The notes under the pieces were generated by a model that saw only the letters and a list, made by a program, of their open reading frames with translations, was not told where the DNA came from and did not search any database. A stretch of 63,862 nucleotides of DNA, counting the filler. It is 5 parts of 5 records of this genome, joined end to end, with 100 filler letters (N's around TTAATTAATTAA, not from the genome) between each part and the next. Parts side by side here need not be neighbours in the genome. Positions count along the whole stretch, not along the records: positions 22,675 to 33,783 come from SRR20825006_121; positions 33,884 to 57,158 come from SRR20825006_125; 3 more parts are not named here. One strand, given 5' to 3'. The first letter of the stretch is position 1. Every line of letters starts with the position of its first letter. The position numbers and the translations under genes are program-made. This document shows, in pieces, positions 32,827 through 42,956 of the stretch.

Positions 32827-33507
32827 ATGATGACGTTGATGAAGAAGTTTACCGGCGCCGAGTGGCTGGCCGCAGTGTGTTTGATGATGCTGGCTACATT
32901 CAGCCACGCCGCAGAGTGGCGCGAAGAAAAGCGCGAGCAGGGGATAGCGGTATTTACCCGTGAGGTGGCGAACTCTGCTTTCAGGGAATTTCGCGGTGAG
33001 GCAAAGGTGGACGCGGAGATTAACCAGATTATGGCAGTGCTCGATGATACGGAGGCCTTTACCGAGTGGATGTACAACTGCCGGCAGGCGGTATTACTCC
33101 ATAAGTCGTCGCTGTTGGATCGCTATCAGTACTTATTAAATGATTTCCCTTGGCCTGCCGCTGATCGCGAAATGCTGATTCGCAATCAAATTAGTCAGGA
33201 CCCGGCAACCAGAGTGACGCGAATTAGCCTGGAAAGTGTCGCCGAGGATGAGCTGCCGGCGAGCAGTCGGGACGCTGTTCCAAAGGCCAAAGGTGTTAAG
33301 CGGGTTACCGCGTTGCGTGGGTACTTTGAGTTAACGCCGCAAGAAGGTGGCACAACAAACGTGGTGTTTCAGCTGCATCTGGATCCTGCCGGCGGCTTGC
33401 CCTCTGGCCTGGTTAATAGCCTGATTGTGGACAATCCGTTCGAGACCTTAAAGCAATTGCGCGTTGTCGTTCAGCAAGCGCAATACCAGAATTTCAATCC
33501 GTTCTAG
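32827..33507 (+). CDS. Exported START-domain (lipid-binding) protein
   Basis: Signal peptide, GIAVFTR, FREFRG, FPWPAADR, DPAGGLPSGLVN. Start moved to ATG 32827. Confidence 0.82.
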   Translation: MMTLMKKFTGAEWLAAVCLMMLATFSHAAEWREEKREQGIAVFTREVANSAFREFRGEAKVDAEINQIMAVLDDTEAFTEWMYNCRQAVLLHKSSLLDRYQYLLNDFPWPAADREMLIRNQISQDPATRVTRISLESVAEDELPASSRDAVPKAKGVKRVTALRGYFELTPQEGGTTNVVFQLHLDPAGGLPSGLVNSLIVDNPFETLKQLRVVVQQAQYQNFNPF

Positions 33508-33544
33508 CCCCAGCGGGCCAGACAAAAAATAAGTCAAAATTAAT

Positions 33545-33594
33545 TTGACATAGATTGATGTAATATTAATTATACATCAAATGGTGTAACATAA
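33545..33594 (+). promoter_or_regulatory. TTGACA plus a second copy of the operator
   Basis: CATCAAATGGTGTAACATAA (33575-33594) matches 30271-30290 at 18 of 20 positions. An extra inverted repeat TGATGTA...TACATCA lies at 33556-33579. Confidence 0.6.
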
Positions 33595-33622
33595 ATTGAT
33601 GGCTCATCAGGAGGCGCAAGCT

Positions 33623-33783
33623 ATGAAAACAACAGTGATGCCCGTAAGACGTAATTTAGAATTTAATCTCCCGGCAGACCGGGTTGGCGATTGGCATGCC
33701 AAAGGGGTTCATGTCAGTCATTTCTTCAATGCGATGTCGCTGTTTTTTCCCGACGGTGAGCGCTTCTTTATCGACAGCGTGCG
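33623..33783 (+). CDS. Predicted metal-dependent hydrolase, N-terminus (3'-truncated)
   Basis: PVRRNLEF...SHFFNAMSLFFPDGERFFIDSVR, with GGAGG RBS. Confidence 0.8.
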
Positions 33784-33883
33784 NNNNNNNNNNNNNNNNN
33801 NNNNNNNNNNNNNNNNNNNNNNNNNNNTTAATTAATTAANNNNNNNNNNNNNNNNNNNNNNNNNNNNNNNNNNNNNNNNNNNN
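33784..33883. other. Artificial contig spacer
   Basis: N run with TTAATTAATTAA. Confidence 0.98.
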
Positions 33884-35044
33884 GGTGCACAAGGTGAATA
33901 TGCTGGTTTGATGGTTATTCGTGCGTATCACGAATCTCGCGGAGAAGGTCATAGAAACATTTGCTTGATTCCTGCATCTGCACATGGAACAAATCCTGCA
34001 AGTGCTGTAATGGCTGGTATGAAAGTAGTTGTAACCAAATCTACCGAAGAAGGAAATATAGACGTTGATGATCTTCGTGAAAAAGCAATCAAACACAAAG
34101 ACAATCTTTCTTGTTTGATGGTTACTTACCCTTCAACCCATGGCGTATACGAATCTGCAATTAGAGAAATTACAAGCCTAATTCATGAAAATGGCGGGCA
34201 AGTATATATGGATGGTGCAAACATGAACGCACAAGTAGGATTAACAAATCCTGGAGCTATTGGAGCAGATGTTTGCCACTTAAACCTTCATAAAACCTTT
34301 GCTATTCCTCACGGTGGTGGCGGACCAGGTGTTGGCCCAATTTGTGTTGCAAAGCAATTAGTTCCTTTTTTACCTTCAAATCCAGTGATTCAAACAGGTG
34401 GCGAAAAAGCTATTTCTGCAATTTCTGCAGCACCTTATGGCAGCTCATTAGTTTGTTTAATTAGTTACGCTTATATCTGTATGCTTGGCGTAAATGGTTT
34501 GAAAAAAGCTACTCAATATGCTATTTTGAATGCCAATTATATAAAAGAAAGGCTAAACGGACATTATGAAGTTCTTTACGCAGGCGAACGTGGACGCGCA
34601 GCACACGAAATGATTGTAGATTGCCGCCCATTCAAAGCAAAAGGAATTGAGGTAACAGATATCGCAAAACGATTGATGGATTATGGATTCCATGCACCAA
34701 CAGTTTCGTTCCCAATTGCAGGAACATTAATGATTGAGCCAACTGAAAGTGAAAGTAAAATTGCTTTAGATCAGTTCTGTGATGCGATGATTTCTATTAG
34801 AAAAGAAATTGAAGAAGCAGATAAAGACAATCCAAACAATGTTTTGAAAAACTCACCACATACATTACAGATGCTTACTGCAGATGCTTGGGATTTTCCA
34901 TACAGCAGACAGGAAGCAGCATTTCCGTTGGAATATGTTTCAGAAAATAAATTCTGGCCATCCATCCGTAGAGTTGATGATGCATTTGGAGATAGAAACT
35001 TAATTTGCACTTGTAATCCAATTGAAGATTATATGGAAGTTTAA
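33884..35044 (+). CDS. gcvP: Glycine dehydrogenase, P protein (5'-truncated)
   Basis: [60 protein letters not shown]. Confidence 0.97.
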   Translation, partial: GAQGEYAGLMVIRAYHESRGEGHRNICLIPASAHGTNPASAVMAGMKVVVTKSTEEGNIDVDDLREKAIKHKDNLSCLMVTYPSTHGVYESAIREITSLIHENGGQVYMDGANMNAQVGLTNPGAIGADVCHLNLHKTFAIPHGGGGPGVGPICVAKQLVPFLPSNPVIQTGGEKAISAISAAPYGSSLVCLISYAYICMLGVNGLKKATQYAILNANYIKERLNGHYEVLYAGERGRAAHEMIVDCRPFKAKGIEVTDIAKRLMDYGFHAPTVSFPIAGTLMIEPTESESKIALDQFCDAMISIRKEIEEADKDNPNNVLKNSPHTLQMLTADAWDFPYSRQEAAFPLEYVSENKFWPSIRRVDDAFGDRNLICTCNPIEDYMEV

Positions 35045-35055
35045 AAAGTTTTCAG

Positions 35056-35108
35056 TAGCAGTTTTCAGTAGTTCGTTTTAAACAAAACAAATATACTGGA
35101 AACTGCTA
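35056..35108 (+). terminator. Long hairpin after gcvP
   Basis: TAGCAGTTTTCAGTA...TACTGGAAACTGCTA, a 15-bp inverted repeat. Confidence 0.45.
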
Positions 35109-35159
35109 TTAATTACTTAACGCTTTTTTTTCCGTACTTTTAAAAAAACTTTTCACTAT

Positions 35160-36221
35160 ATGAATGTCAAAATAACAGGTATAGGTAGTTATATTCCAAG
35201 CGAAATTGCAAAGAATGAGCAATTCGGCCAACATCATTTTTACAATGAGGATGGCACTCGTTTTGGGCAAGAAAATGAGACTATAATTGAAAAGTTCAAA
35301 GCCATTACTGGTATTCAAGAACGACGTTATATTCCGAAGTCTCTTTCTACATCAGACATTGCGTCTTTTGCTGCAGAAAATGCACTAAAAAATTCTGGGA
35401 TAAACAAAGAAGAGCTAGATTATATTATTGTAGCTCATAATTACGGCGATGTTAAAGACGGCTCTGTGCAAAGTGATACAGTGCCAAGTATTGCAACCCG
35501 CGTAAAGCATAATTTAAAGATTCAAAACCCAACATGTGTGGGTTATGATGTGCTTTTTGGATGTCCGGGATGGATTGAAGGAATGATTCAAGCTTATGCC
35601 TTTATCAAGGCTGGCATCGCTAAAAAATGCTTGGTTATTGGAGCCGAAGCGCTTTCAAGAGTTGTAGATCCTCACGATCGTGATTCTATGATTTATAGTG
35701 ATGGCGCAGGTGCCGCTGTTGTTGAAATTACAGATGAAACCACAAGTGGTATTCTAAATCATTTCAGCGCAACTTTTGCATTTGAAGAAGCACATTTTAT
35801 CTTTTTTGGAGAAAGTAATAATTTAGAAAAAAAAGACAACCGCCGTTATATAAAAATGTACGGTAGAAAAATATATGAATTCGCTCTGAATAACGTACCA
35901 GACGCGATGAAAACCTGCCTAGATAAAAGCGGAATTGGCATTGATGAGGTGAAAAAAATATTTATTCACCAAGCCAATGAAAAGATGGATGAAGCCATTG
36001 TAAACCGTTTTTATAAACTTTACGACAAAACACCTCCAGAAAACATTATGCCAATGAGCATAAACAAATTAGGAAATAGCAGCGTTGCAACCGTGCCAAC
36101 ACTTTATGACTTAGTGCTAAACGGAGAGCTAAAAGGGCATTCCGTTCAAAAAGGAGATGTGGTTATTTTTGCCAGCGTTGGAGCAGGTATGAATATTAAT
36201 GCAATTGTTTATAGAGTATAA
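35160..36221 (+). CDS. 3-oxoacyl-ACP synthase III (FabH)-family protein
   Basis: ITGIGSYIP, TGIQERR, catalytic FGCPG, DGAGA, HQAN, GNSS. Confidence 0.9.
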   Translation: MNVKITGIGSYIPSEIAKNEQFGQHHFYNEDGTRFGQENETIIEKFKAITGIQERRYIPKSLSTSDIASFAAENALKNSGINKEELDYIIVAHNYGDVKDGSVQSDTVPSIATRVKHNLKIQNPTCVGYDVLFGCPGWIEGMIQAYAFIKAGIAKKCLVIGAEALSRVVDPHDRDSMIYSDGAGAAVVEITDETTSGILNHFSATFAFEEAHFIFFGESNNLEKKDNRRYIKMYGRKIYEFALNNVPDAMKTCLDKSGIGIDEVKKIFIHQANEKMDEAIVNRFYKLYDKTPPENIMPMSINKLGNSSVATVPTLYDLVLNGELKGHSVQKGDVVIFASVGAGMNINAIVYRV

Positions 36222-36745
36222 TGTACGAAGGCAAGTTTCCGAAGAAAAGATACAAACACACACTTAATTTTCTAAATGAAGTAATTTCAAAAGAAGACAA
36301 AATTCTTGATTTAGGTGTTTCTAATCCTTTTTCTGAAATACTTCTAAAAGAAGGCTTCAATAATGTAACCAATACCAAAGGAGAGGATTTAGATCTAGAC
36401 ACGAATGTTGTAAAAACCACCGAATTTGATGTTGTAACAGCTTTTGAAATCTTCGAGCATTTGGTTTCTCCATTTAATGTTTTAAACGATATAAAAGCAA
36501 AAAAGCTAGTTGCTTCCATACCTTTAAAACTTTGGTTTGCTTCAGCTTATAGAAGCAAAACAGACAAATGGGATCGCCATTACCACGAATTTGAAGATTG
36601 GCAATTTGATTGGTTGCTAGAAAAAGCTGGTTGGCGAATTGTAAAGAGTGAAAAATTTACAAACCCAGTAAAAAAAATAGGAATTCGACCAATTCTTAGA
36701 ATGATTACACCACGCTATTACTTGGTTTATGCTGTAAGAGATTAA
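36221..36745 (+). CDS. SAM-dependent methyltransferase-like protein
   Basis: KILDLG, FDVVTAFEIFEHL, HYHEF. TAATG overlaps at both ends. Confidence 0.75.
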   Translation: MYEGKFPKKRYKHTLNFLNEVISKEDKILDLGVSNPFSEILLKEGFNNVTNTKGEDLDLDTNVVKTTEFDVVTAFEIFEHLVSPFNVLNDIKAKKLVASIPLKLWFASAYRSKTDKWDRHYHEFEDWQFDWLLEKAGWRIVKSEKFTNPVKKIGIRPILRMITPRYYLVYAVRD

Positions 36746-37596
36746 TGAATTTCTACATCATCATCCCAGCCCATAATGAAGAAGCATATCTTAAAAAAAT
36801 GCTTCAATCCATTGTTGAGCAAACAATTCTTCCAAAAAAAGTTATTGTCGTAAACGATGCCTCAACAGATGGCACACAAAATATTATCCAGCAATTTTCT
36901 GAAACATATCCATTTATTGAAAGTGTTTTTCACAATTCTAAAAACACCCATGAACCTGGAAGCAAAGTAGTTAATGCTTTTTACAAAGGATTTGAAATAG
37001 TCGACACAAATTTTGACTTCATCGGAAAATTTGACGCAGATCTTATTTTACCAACTAATTATTTCGAAAAAGTTTTAGAACTATTTTTTTCAGATAAAAA
37101 AATAGGTATTGCAGGTGGCAATCTTTATGTTGAAAAAGAAAATAACTGGGAGTTTGAAGCTATTTCAAAAAAAACCAAAGTTCGTGGCCCAATAAAATTA
37201 TATCGTAAAGAATGTTTTGAAGAAATCGGCGGACTTAAAAAATCAATCGGTTGGGATACTGTAGACGAACTAGTAGCGCAATACCACGGCTGGAAGATTA
37301 AAACAGACACTTCCTTGCACGTAAAACATTTAAAACCCACAGGAAAAGTATATTCAAAAACTTCAAAACACAAACAAGGCGAAGCATTTTACAAAATGCG
37401 TTATGGGTTTTGGCTTACAATTATAGCTTCCGCTAAATTAGCTTCCAAAAAACACAGTTTTATTTATTTTATAGACTGTTTAAAAGGGTATAAAAAAGCT
37501 AAAAAAATGCAGCTTGAATTCATCGTTTCTGAAAAGGAAGGAGCATTTATACGAAATCTTCGGTGGAAAAACATTAAAAAACTAATAGGATTTTAA
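36745..37596 (+). CDS. Family 2 glycosyltransferase
   Basis: IIIPAHNEE, VNDASTDGT, KFDAD, GWDTVD. Confidence 0.92.
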   Translation: MNFYIIIPAHNEEAYLKKMLQSIVEQTILPKKVIVVNDASTDGTQNIIQQFSETYPFIESVFHNSKNTHEPGSKVVNAFYKGFEIVDTNFDFIGKFDADLILPTNYFEKVLELFFSDKKIGIAGGNLYVEKENNWEFEAISKKTKVRGPIKLYRKECFEEIGGLKKSIGWDTVDELVAQYHGWKIKTDTSLHVKHLKPTGKVYSKTSKHKQGEAFYKMRYGFWLTIIASAKLASKKHSFIYFIDCLKGYKKAKKMQLEFIVSEKEGAFIRNLRWKNIKKLIGF

Positions 37597-37656
37597 CAAC
37601 CTAGAAGTAACATCATAACGTATAATATTGTTTAATTTTACAAACAAAACATTTCA

Positions 37657-38763
37657 ATGAAACACAACATATCCCTTCTTTCAGCTTTCTTAATTTTTGC
37701 TTTACTTTTTGTTTCCTGCGTATCTGTTCAGGTTAGCGACAATACTGTTTCAACTATTTCTTCAGAAGTAAAAAAACCAAAAAACATCATTCTTCTTGTT
37801 GGTGATGGAATGGGATTAAGTCAGGTTTCAACAGCTATTTATTACAAAAACGGAAAACCAAATTTTGAACGTTTCAATACAATTGGTCTAAGTAAAACTT
37901 CCTCCGCCAGTGATTTAATTACCGATTCTGCTGCTGGAGCAACAGTTTTTGCTTCTGGAGTAAAAACGTATAACGGTGCAATTGGTGTGGACAAAGACAC
38001 CATTCCAGTTCCGACCATTGTTGAGCACCTTACTAAAAATGGCTATAGCACGGGTATAATTTCTACTTCGTCCATTCAACATGCTACTCCTGCAAGTTTT
38101 TATGCACACGTAAAATCAAGAAGATTTTATGAAGAGATTACCACTTTCGCTCCAAAATCTGGTGTAAACTTTTTTGCAGGTGGCGGATTAAAATTCTTTA
38201 ATGATAGAAAAGATGGAAAAAACTTTTTAGAAGAAATGAAAGCAAACGGTTATGAAGTTTTCACTGATCAACTTCCAAAAAATCCGAGTGAAAAAAATGA
38301 AATTATTTTGCTTGCCGAAGATGGAATGCCGCAAATGAATAAAGGCCGTGGCGATTTTTTACCAAATGCAACCAAATTAGCTTTGAAGAAACTTTCTAAA
38401 AATGAAAAAGGTTTTTTCTTAGTGGTTGAAGGAAGTCAGATAGACTGGGCAGGGCATAATAATGATGCAGAATATTTAATAGCTGAATTATTAGATTTCG
38501 ATAATACCTTGGGTGTTGCCTTGGATTTTGCCAAGCAAAATGGCGAAACGCTTGTAATTGTTACTGCAGACCATGAAACTGGGGGCTATACGCTATCATC
38601 AGATGGGAAAGATTACAACAAAATTAACCCTACTTTCTCCACATCGGGGCATTCTGGGACTATGATTCCTGTTTTTGCTGAAGGACCAGGTGCTTCATTA
38701 TTTAACGGAATCTATGAAAACACAGCGATTTTCGATAAAATGATGGTTCTTTTTGATAAATAA
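37657..38763 (+). CDS. Alkaline phosphatase (PhoA family, lipoprotein)
   Basis: KNIILLVGDGMG, TDSAAGAT (catalytic Ser), HATPA, VEGSQIDWAGH, TADHETGG. Lipobox FVSC. Confidence 0.93.
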   Translation: MKHNISLLSAFLIFALLFVSCVSVQVSDNTVSTISSEVKKPKNIILLVGDGMGLSQVSTAIYYKNGKPNFERFNTIGLSKTSSASDLITDSAAGATVFASGVKTYNGAIGVDKDTIPVPTIVEHLTKNGYSTGIISTSSIQHATPASFYAHVKSRRFYEEITTFAPKSGVNFFAGGGLKFFNDRKDGKNFLEEMKANGYEVFTDQLPKNPSEKNEIILLAEDGMPQMNKGRGDFLPNATKLALKKLSKNEKGFFLVVEGSQIDWAGHNNDAEYLIAELLDFDNTLGVALDFAKQNGETLVIVTADHETGGYTLSSDGKDYNKINPTFSTSGHSGTMIPVFAEGPGASLFNGIYENTAIFDKMMVLFDK

Positions 38764-38831
38764 AAGCTAAAAAAAGCTTTTTCAAAAAACAGTAACCTAA
38801 TTTTAGTATTTTAGCCATAGCGATCTTATTT

Positions 38832-39572
38832 ATGAAGTACATACAAGATATTGGTTCCTATTTTTTGATGCTTAAAAAAGTGTTTGGCAGTTTTACCAAA
38901 ACATCTGTTTTAAAACATCTAATTTTTAAGGAAATAAACGACCTTATTATCAACTCTTTAGGCATTGTTTCATTCATATCCTTCTTTGTGGGAGGAGTTG
39001 TAGCAATCCAAACAGCGTTGAATATGGACAACCCATTAATCCCGAAAAGTCTTATCGGTTTTGCTACGCGCCAATCTGTAATTTTAGAATTTGCACCCAC
39101 TTTTATCTCCATTATTATGGCAGGAAAAGTAGGTTCATTTATAACATCCAGCATAGGTTCAATGCGTGTTACAGAACAAATCGATGCTTTAGAAGTAATG
39201 GGGATCAACTCGCTTAATTATTTGGTTTTCCCAAAAATTGTCGCCCTGCTATTTTACCCTTTTGTAATTGTTATTTCAATGTTTTTAGGAATTTTTGGAG
39301 GTTGGGTAGCTGGTGTTTATGGCGGATTTTCAAGTTCCACAGCATTTATTTCAGGATTACAAGACAGTTTTATACCCTATCAGCTTTTTTATGCCTTCTT
39401 TAAAACCACAGTGTTTGCTTTCATCCTCGCAACAGTGCCTTCATGGCAAGGTTTTAACATGAAAGGTGGCGCACTTGAAGTAGGTAAAGCCAGCACCAAT
39501 TCCTTCGTGTGGACTAGTGTGCTTATTATTGCTGCAAATTATATTATAACCCAACTCCTTTTAAGCTCATGA
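38832..39572 (+). CDS. mlaE: MlaE-family ABC permease
   Basis: EFAP, AGKVGS.I.S.IGSMRVTEQIDALEVMG, GGALEVGKAST. Confidence 0.9.
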   Translation: MKYIQDIGSYFLMLKKVFGSFTKTSVLKHLIFKEINDLIINSLGIVSFISFFVGGVVAIQTALNMDNPLIPKSLIGFATRQSVILEFAPTFISIIMAGKVGSFITSSIGSMRVTEQIDALEVMGINSLNYLVFPKIVALLFYPFVIVISMFLGIFGGWVAGVYGGFSSSTAFISGLQDSFIPYQLFYAFFKTTVFAFILATVPSWQGFNMKGGALEVGKASTNSFVWTSVLIIAANYIITQLLLSS

Positions 39573-40333
39573 TAAAAGTAGAAGACGTACATAAAAGTTT
39601 TGGGGATGAAGAAATCCTAAAAGGAATAACCACCGAGTTTGACAAGGGAAAAACAAACCTTATTATTGGTCAAAGTGGTAGTGGTAAAACCGTTTTGCTT
39701 AAAAGTTTAATTGGACTTTTTAGCCCAGAAAAAGGACGGATTTATTATGAAGATAAAGCCATTCAGGATATGGACGACGAAGAGCAACGAAAACTTCGTG
39801 AAGAAATAGGCATGCTTTTTCAAGGCGGCGCATTATTCGATTCCATGAATATTGAGGAAAACGTAATGTTTCCATTGCGTATGTTCACCAAACAGAAAAA
39901 AACTGATATGGTGGAACGTGTAAATGAAGTATTAAAAAGAGTAAATCTTGAAAACGTAAATAAAAAATTTCCCGCCGAAATATCTGGAGGAATGCAAAAA
40001 AGAGTTTCCATAGCACGCGCTATTGTAAACAAACCAAAATTTCTTTTTTGTGACGAACCCAACTCTGGTCTGGACCCGAAAACGGCAACGCTTATTGATA
40101 CGCTAATCCAAGAAATTACACATGAATACGACATTACTACAATTGTTGTAACCCACGATATGAATTCCGTTATGGAGATAGGCGAAAAAGTGGTGCTATT
40201 AAAAAACGGTAAATTGGTTTGGCAAGGCACCAATCAAGAGATATTTAAAACAGATAACGAAGATGTTACAAGCTTTGTGTATTCTTCAGATTTATTCAAA
40301 AAAATACGCGAAGTACAGCTAAAAGAGGGTTAA
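39569..40333 (+). CDS. mlaF: MlaF-family ABC ATPase
   Basis: GQSGSGKT, LFQGGALFDS, ISGGMQKRV, DEPNSGLDP. Overlaps mlaE. Confidence 0.9.
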   Translation: MIKVEDVHKSFGDEEILKGITTEFDKGKTNLIIGQSGSGKTVLLKSLIGLFSPEKGRIYYEDKAIQDMDDEEQRKLREEIGMLFQGGALFDSMNIEENVMFPLRMFTKQKKTDMVERVNEVLKRVNLENVNKKFPAEISGGMQKRVSIARAIVNKPKFLFCDEPNSGLDPKTATLIDTLIQEITHEYDITTIVVTHDMNSVMEIGEKVVLLKNGKLVWQGTNQEIFKTDNEDVTSFVYSSDLFKKIREVQLKEG

Positions 40334-40339
40334 AATATC

Positions 40340-41776
40340 TTATTTATATTCTGTAACCTGAAGCGTATCAAGCTTTAATTTATATTTCACCCATTTCTCA
40401 ATTTTCTTTAACCCTTCTTGTTTTTCATTTGGAGTAACGCTTTTATTCCAACGAATATTTATTACTGGCAACGTATCTGTTTTAGAGAAATTTGTAGTTA
40501 TCTTATTTGAAAAACTAAAGGTTTCCACTCCTTCATAGTTAATTTTAAGCTCTTCGCTCAATTCTTTAAAAGGAACATTCTGAACTTTTATAAGTGCTAT
40601 TTCATTTTCTAAAAAGCGTATTTTTTCATCTTTATCTTGAATTAGCTGCTCATTTTTTACGTATAAATCTTCTAAAATACCTGCTTTAATTTCACCTGAA
40701 AGTTTGGCTGCCATTTCTCCACTTTGATCCGCACCTTGGTAAATTCTTAAATGCGCTTCTTCTAAATTTTCAGTACGCTCTAAATTTGCTACCCATTCAT
40801 TTATTTTATTCTGAGGCACGGGACGACCAATTAAATAAACATCGATGCTCTTGGTTTCATAATTCTGAGTAAACTTTACCACTTCAGTTCCTTCATAATC
40901 TATATTATGGTTTACAAACTCTTTCGATTTGGTTTCAAAAACTTGTTGCTCCAATAATTTAACAAAAAGCCAAACACTTGGCACCATCACAGCGATTGCA
41001 ATCAATGATGCAACTTGTGCTGTTCTACGACGGCGTTTGCTATTCGCATAGCGCACTAGTGGAAATTGTAAAACTTTAGATACAATAAAAGTTGACAACG
41101 CAATAAAAACAGCGTTAATAGAAAAAAGATATAAAGCACCTCCTGCGTATGAAGCGTTTCCTACCGCCAAACCATAACCTACGGTACACAAAGGCGGCAT
41201 CAATGCAGTTGCAATTGCAACTCCAAAAATAACACTCGCCATAGTTCCGCTTTTGGTTTTAGCAACTATCAATCCTAAACCACCAAAAATTGCAATTAGC
41301 ACATCCAAAATTGTAGGATACGTACGTGCTATAAGCTCTGGAGTTTCTTCGGTAAGTGGTGATAATTTAAAATATAAAAATGCTGTAAGCACGCTTAAAA
41401 AAACCATTACACCAAGGTTTATTAGCGACCTGCGTAAGGTTTCTACATCATTAATTGCCACCGAAAGACCAATCCCAACAATCGGCCCCATTAATGGAGA
41501 AATAAGCATCGCTCCAATTACAACTGCGGTACTACTTACATTCAACCCAATGGAAGCAACAAATATGGAGAAAATTAGAATCCATGCCGTATGGCCTTTA
41601 AAAGGAATGTCCTTTTTTACCGCTTCAATAGTGGCGTCACGATCAGAATCTGAGCGAATATCGAATAATTCACTAAAGAATTTTTTGATGCTTGCCCATG
41701 TATTAAGCTTTACATTTTCAAATTCTCCATCATTAGGAGTAATTTTCACATCATTATTTTTATCTGAATTCTCCAT
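40340..41776 (-). CDS. DUF389-domain membrane protein
   Basis: ASIGLN..STAVVIGAMLISPLMGP, ART.P, GVAIATALMPPL. Confidence 0.88.
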   Translation of the reverse strand: MENSDKNNDVKITPNDGEFENVKLNTWASIKKFFSELFDIRSDSDRDATIEAVKKDIPFKGHTAWILIFSIFVASIGLNVSSTAVVIGAMLISPLMGPIVGIGLSVAINDVETLRRSLINLGVMVFLSVLTAFLYFKLSPLTEETPELIARTYPTILDVLIAIFGGLGLIVAKTKSGTMASVIFGVAIATALMPPLCTVGYGLAVGNASYAGGALYLFSINAVFIALSTFIVSKVLQFPLVRYANSKRRRRTAQVASLIAIAVMVPSVWLFVKLLEQQVFETKSKEFVNHNIDYEGTEVVKFTQNYETKSIDVYLIGRPVPQNKINEWVANLERTENLEEAHLRIYQGADQSGEMAAKLSGEIKAGILEDLYVKNEQLIQDKDEKIRFLENEIALIKVQNVPFKELSEELKINYEGVETFSFSNKITTNFSKTDTLPVINIRWNKSVTPNEKQEGLKKIEKWVKYKLKLDTLQVTEYK

Positions 41777-42856
41777 TTATAGATACTTTTTTCCAAATTT
41801 GTTTGAAACTTCTTTCAGCAATTCTTTTATTTCCTGTTCTTTTTTCTTCGGAAAAACTAGTAAAACATCTTCTTTATCCACCACAATATAATCTGTAACA
41901 CCTTCAACTACAACTAGCTTTTTCGATGCTGTAAATATCATATTATTTTTGGAATCTTTTAAAAATGTTTCTGCATTTACAATTGAATTTTCATCTTCAT
42001 CCTTTTCTAACTTATCATAAAGTGCGCCCCAAGTTCCTAAGTCGTTCCAATCGAATGTCGCTTTTTTAATAAATACATTGGTTGCTTTTTCTAAAATACC
42101 GTAATCTATCGATATATTTTCTGCTTTAGGATACTGATTTTCGATGAATTTTTTTTCTTCGGGAGTGTTTAAAACATCAATTCCTTTTGAAAAAAGCATA
42201 TTCATTTCAGATAAATTCTTTTCAAAAGAAGTAACAATACTTTTAGCGCTCCAAATAAAAATTCCTGCATTCCAAAGAAAATTACCAGCTGCAAGAAATT
42301 GTTTAGCAGTTTCATAATCTGGCTTCTCTCGAAATTGTGCTACTTTTTTTATTTCAGAAGCATCATTTTTATCACTTTCAATATAACCGTAACCTGTATT
42401 TGGGAAAGTTGGCTCGATACCTAGAGTTAATAAAATATCGTCTTTTTGCGCAGCATCAAAACAAGTTTGAATATCGTTTGCAAATGCATTTTCGTCCTCA
42501 ATCCAATGATCGCTAGGTGCTACAAGCATAAGCGCGTTTGGATTTTCCTTTTTAATTTTTAAAGCTGAGAGAAGAATACAAGGTGCCGTATTTCGCATAG
42601 CAGGCTCTAACACAACTTGTGCTTCAGTAATATTTGGCAACTGTTTTAAGGTGATACCCAAATACATTTCGTTTGTAAGAATGTAAATATTTTCTGAAGG
42701 AATTATTTTATTGAGCCTTGAAAAAGTTTTCTGAAGTAAAGTTTGTCCCGTTCCCAGCATATCATGAAATTGCTTAGGAAATTCTTGGGTACTCATTGGC
42801 CAAAATCGTGAACCGATTCCACCTGCCATAATTACTGCGTAATAATCTTTATTCAT
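41777..42856 (-). CDS. manC: Mannose-1-phosphate guanylyltransferase
   Basis: MAGGIGSRFWP.S...PKQF, EP.MRNTAP, PSDH, TGYGYI, FREKP, WNAG, SIDYG, WNDLGTW. Confidence 0.93.
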   Translation of the reverse strand: MNKDYYAVIMAGGIGSRFWPMSTQEFPKQFHDMLGTGQTLLQKTFSRLNKIIPSENIYILTNEMYLGITLKQLPNITEAQVVLEPAMRNTAPCILLSALKIKKENPNALMLVAPSDHWIEDENAFANDIQTCFDAAQKDDILLTLGIEPTFPNTGYGYIESDKNDASEIKKVAQFREKPDYETAKQFLAAGNFLWNAGIFIWSAKSIVTSFEKNLSEMNMLFSKGIDVLNTPEEKKFIENQYPKAENISIDYGILEKATNVFIKKATFDWNDLGTWGALYDKLEKDEDENSIVNAETFLKDSKNNMIFTASKKLVVVEGVTDYIVVDKEDVLLVFPKKKEQEIKELLKEVSNKFGKKYL

Positions 42857-42956
42857 CTAAAAAAGTTTAAAAGTTTAGGATGTCTAAAAGTTTAGTCGGC
42901 TTATTAACAATTTATTTGTTTAAAGCTTAAAACCGAAACTAATATACACTCTCTAC

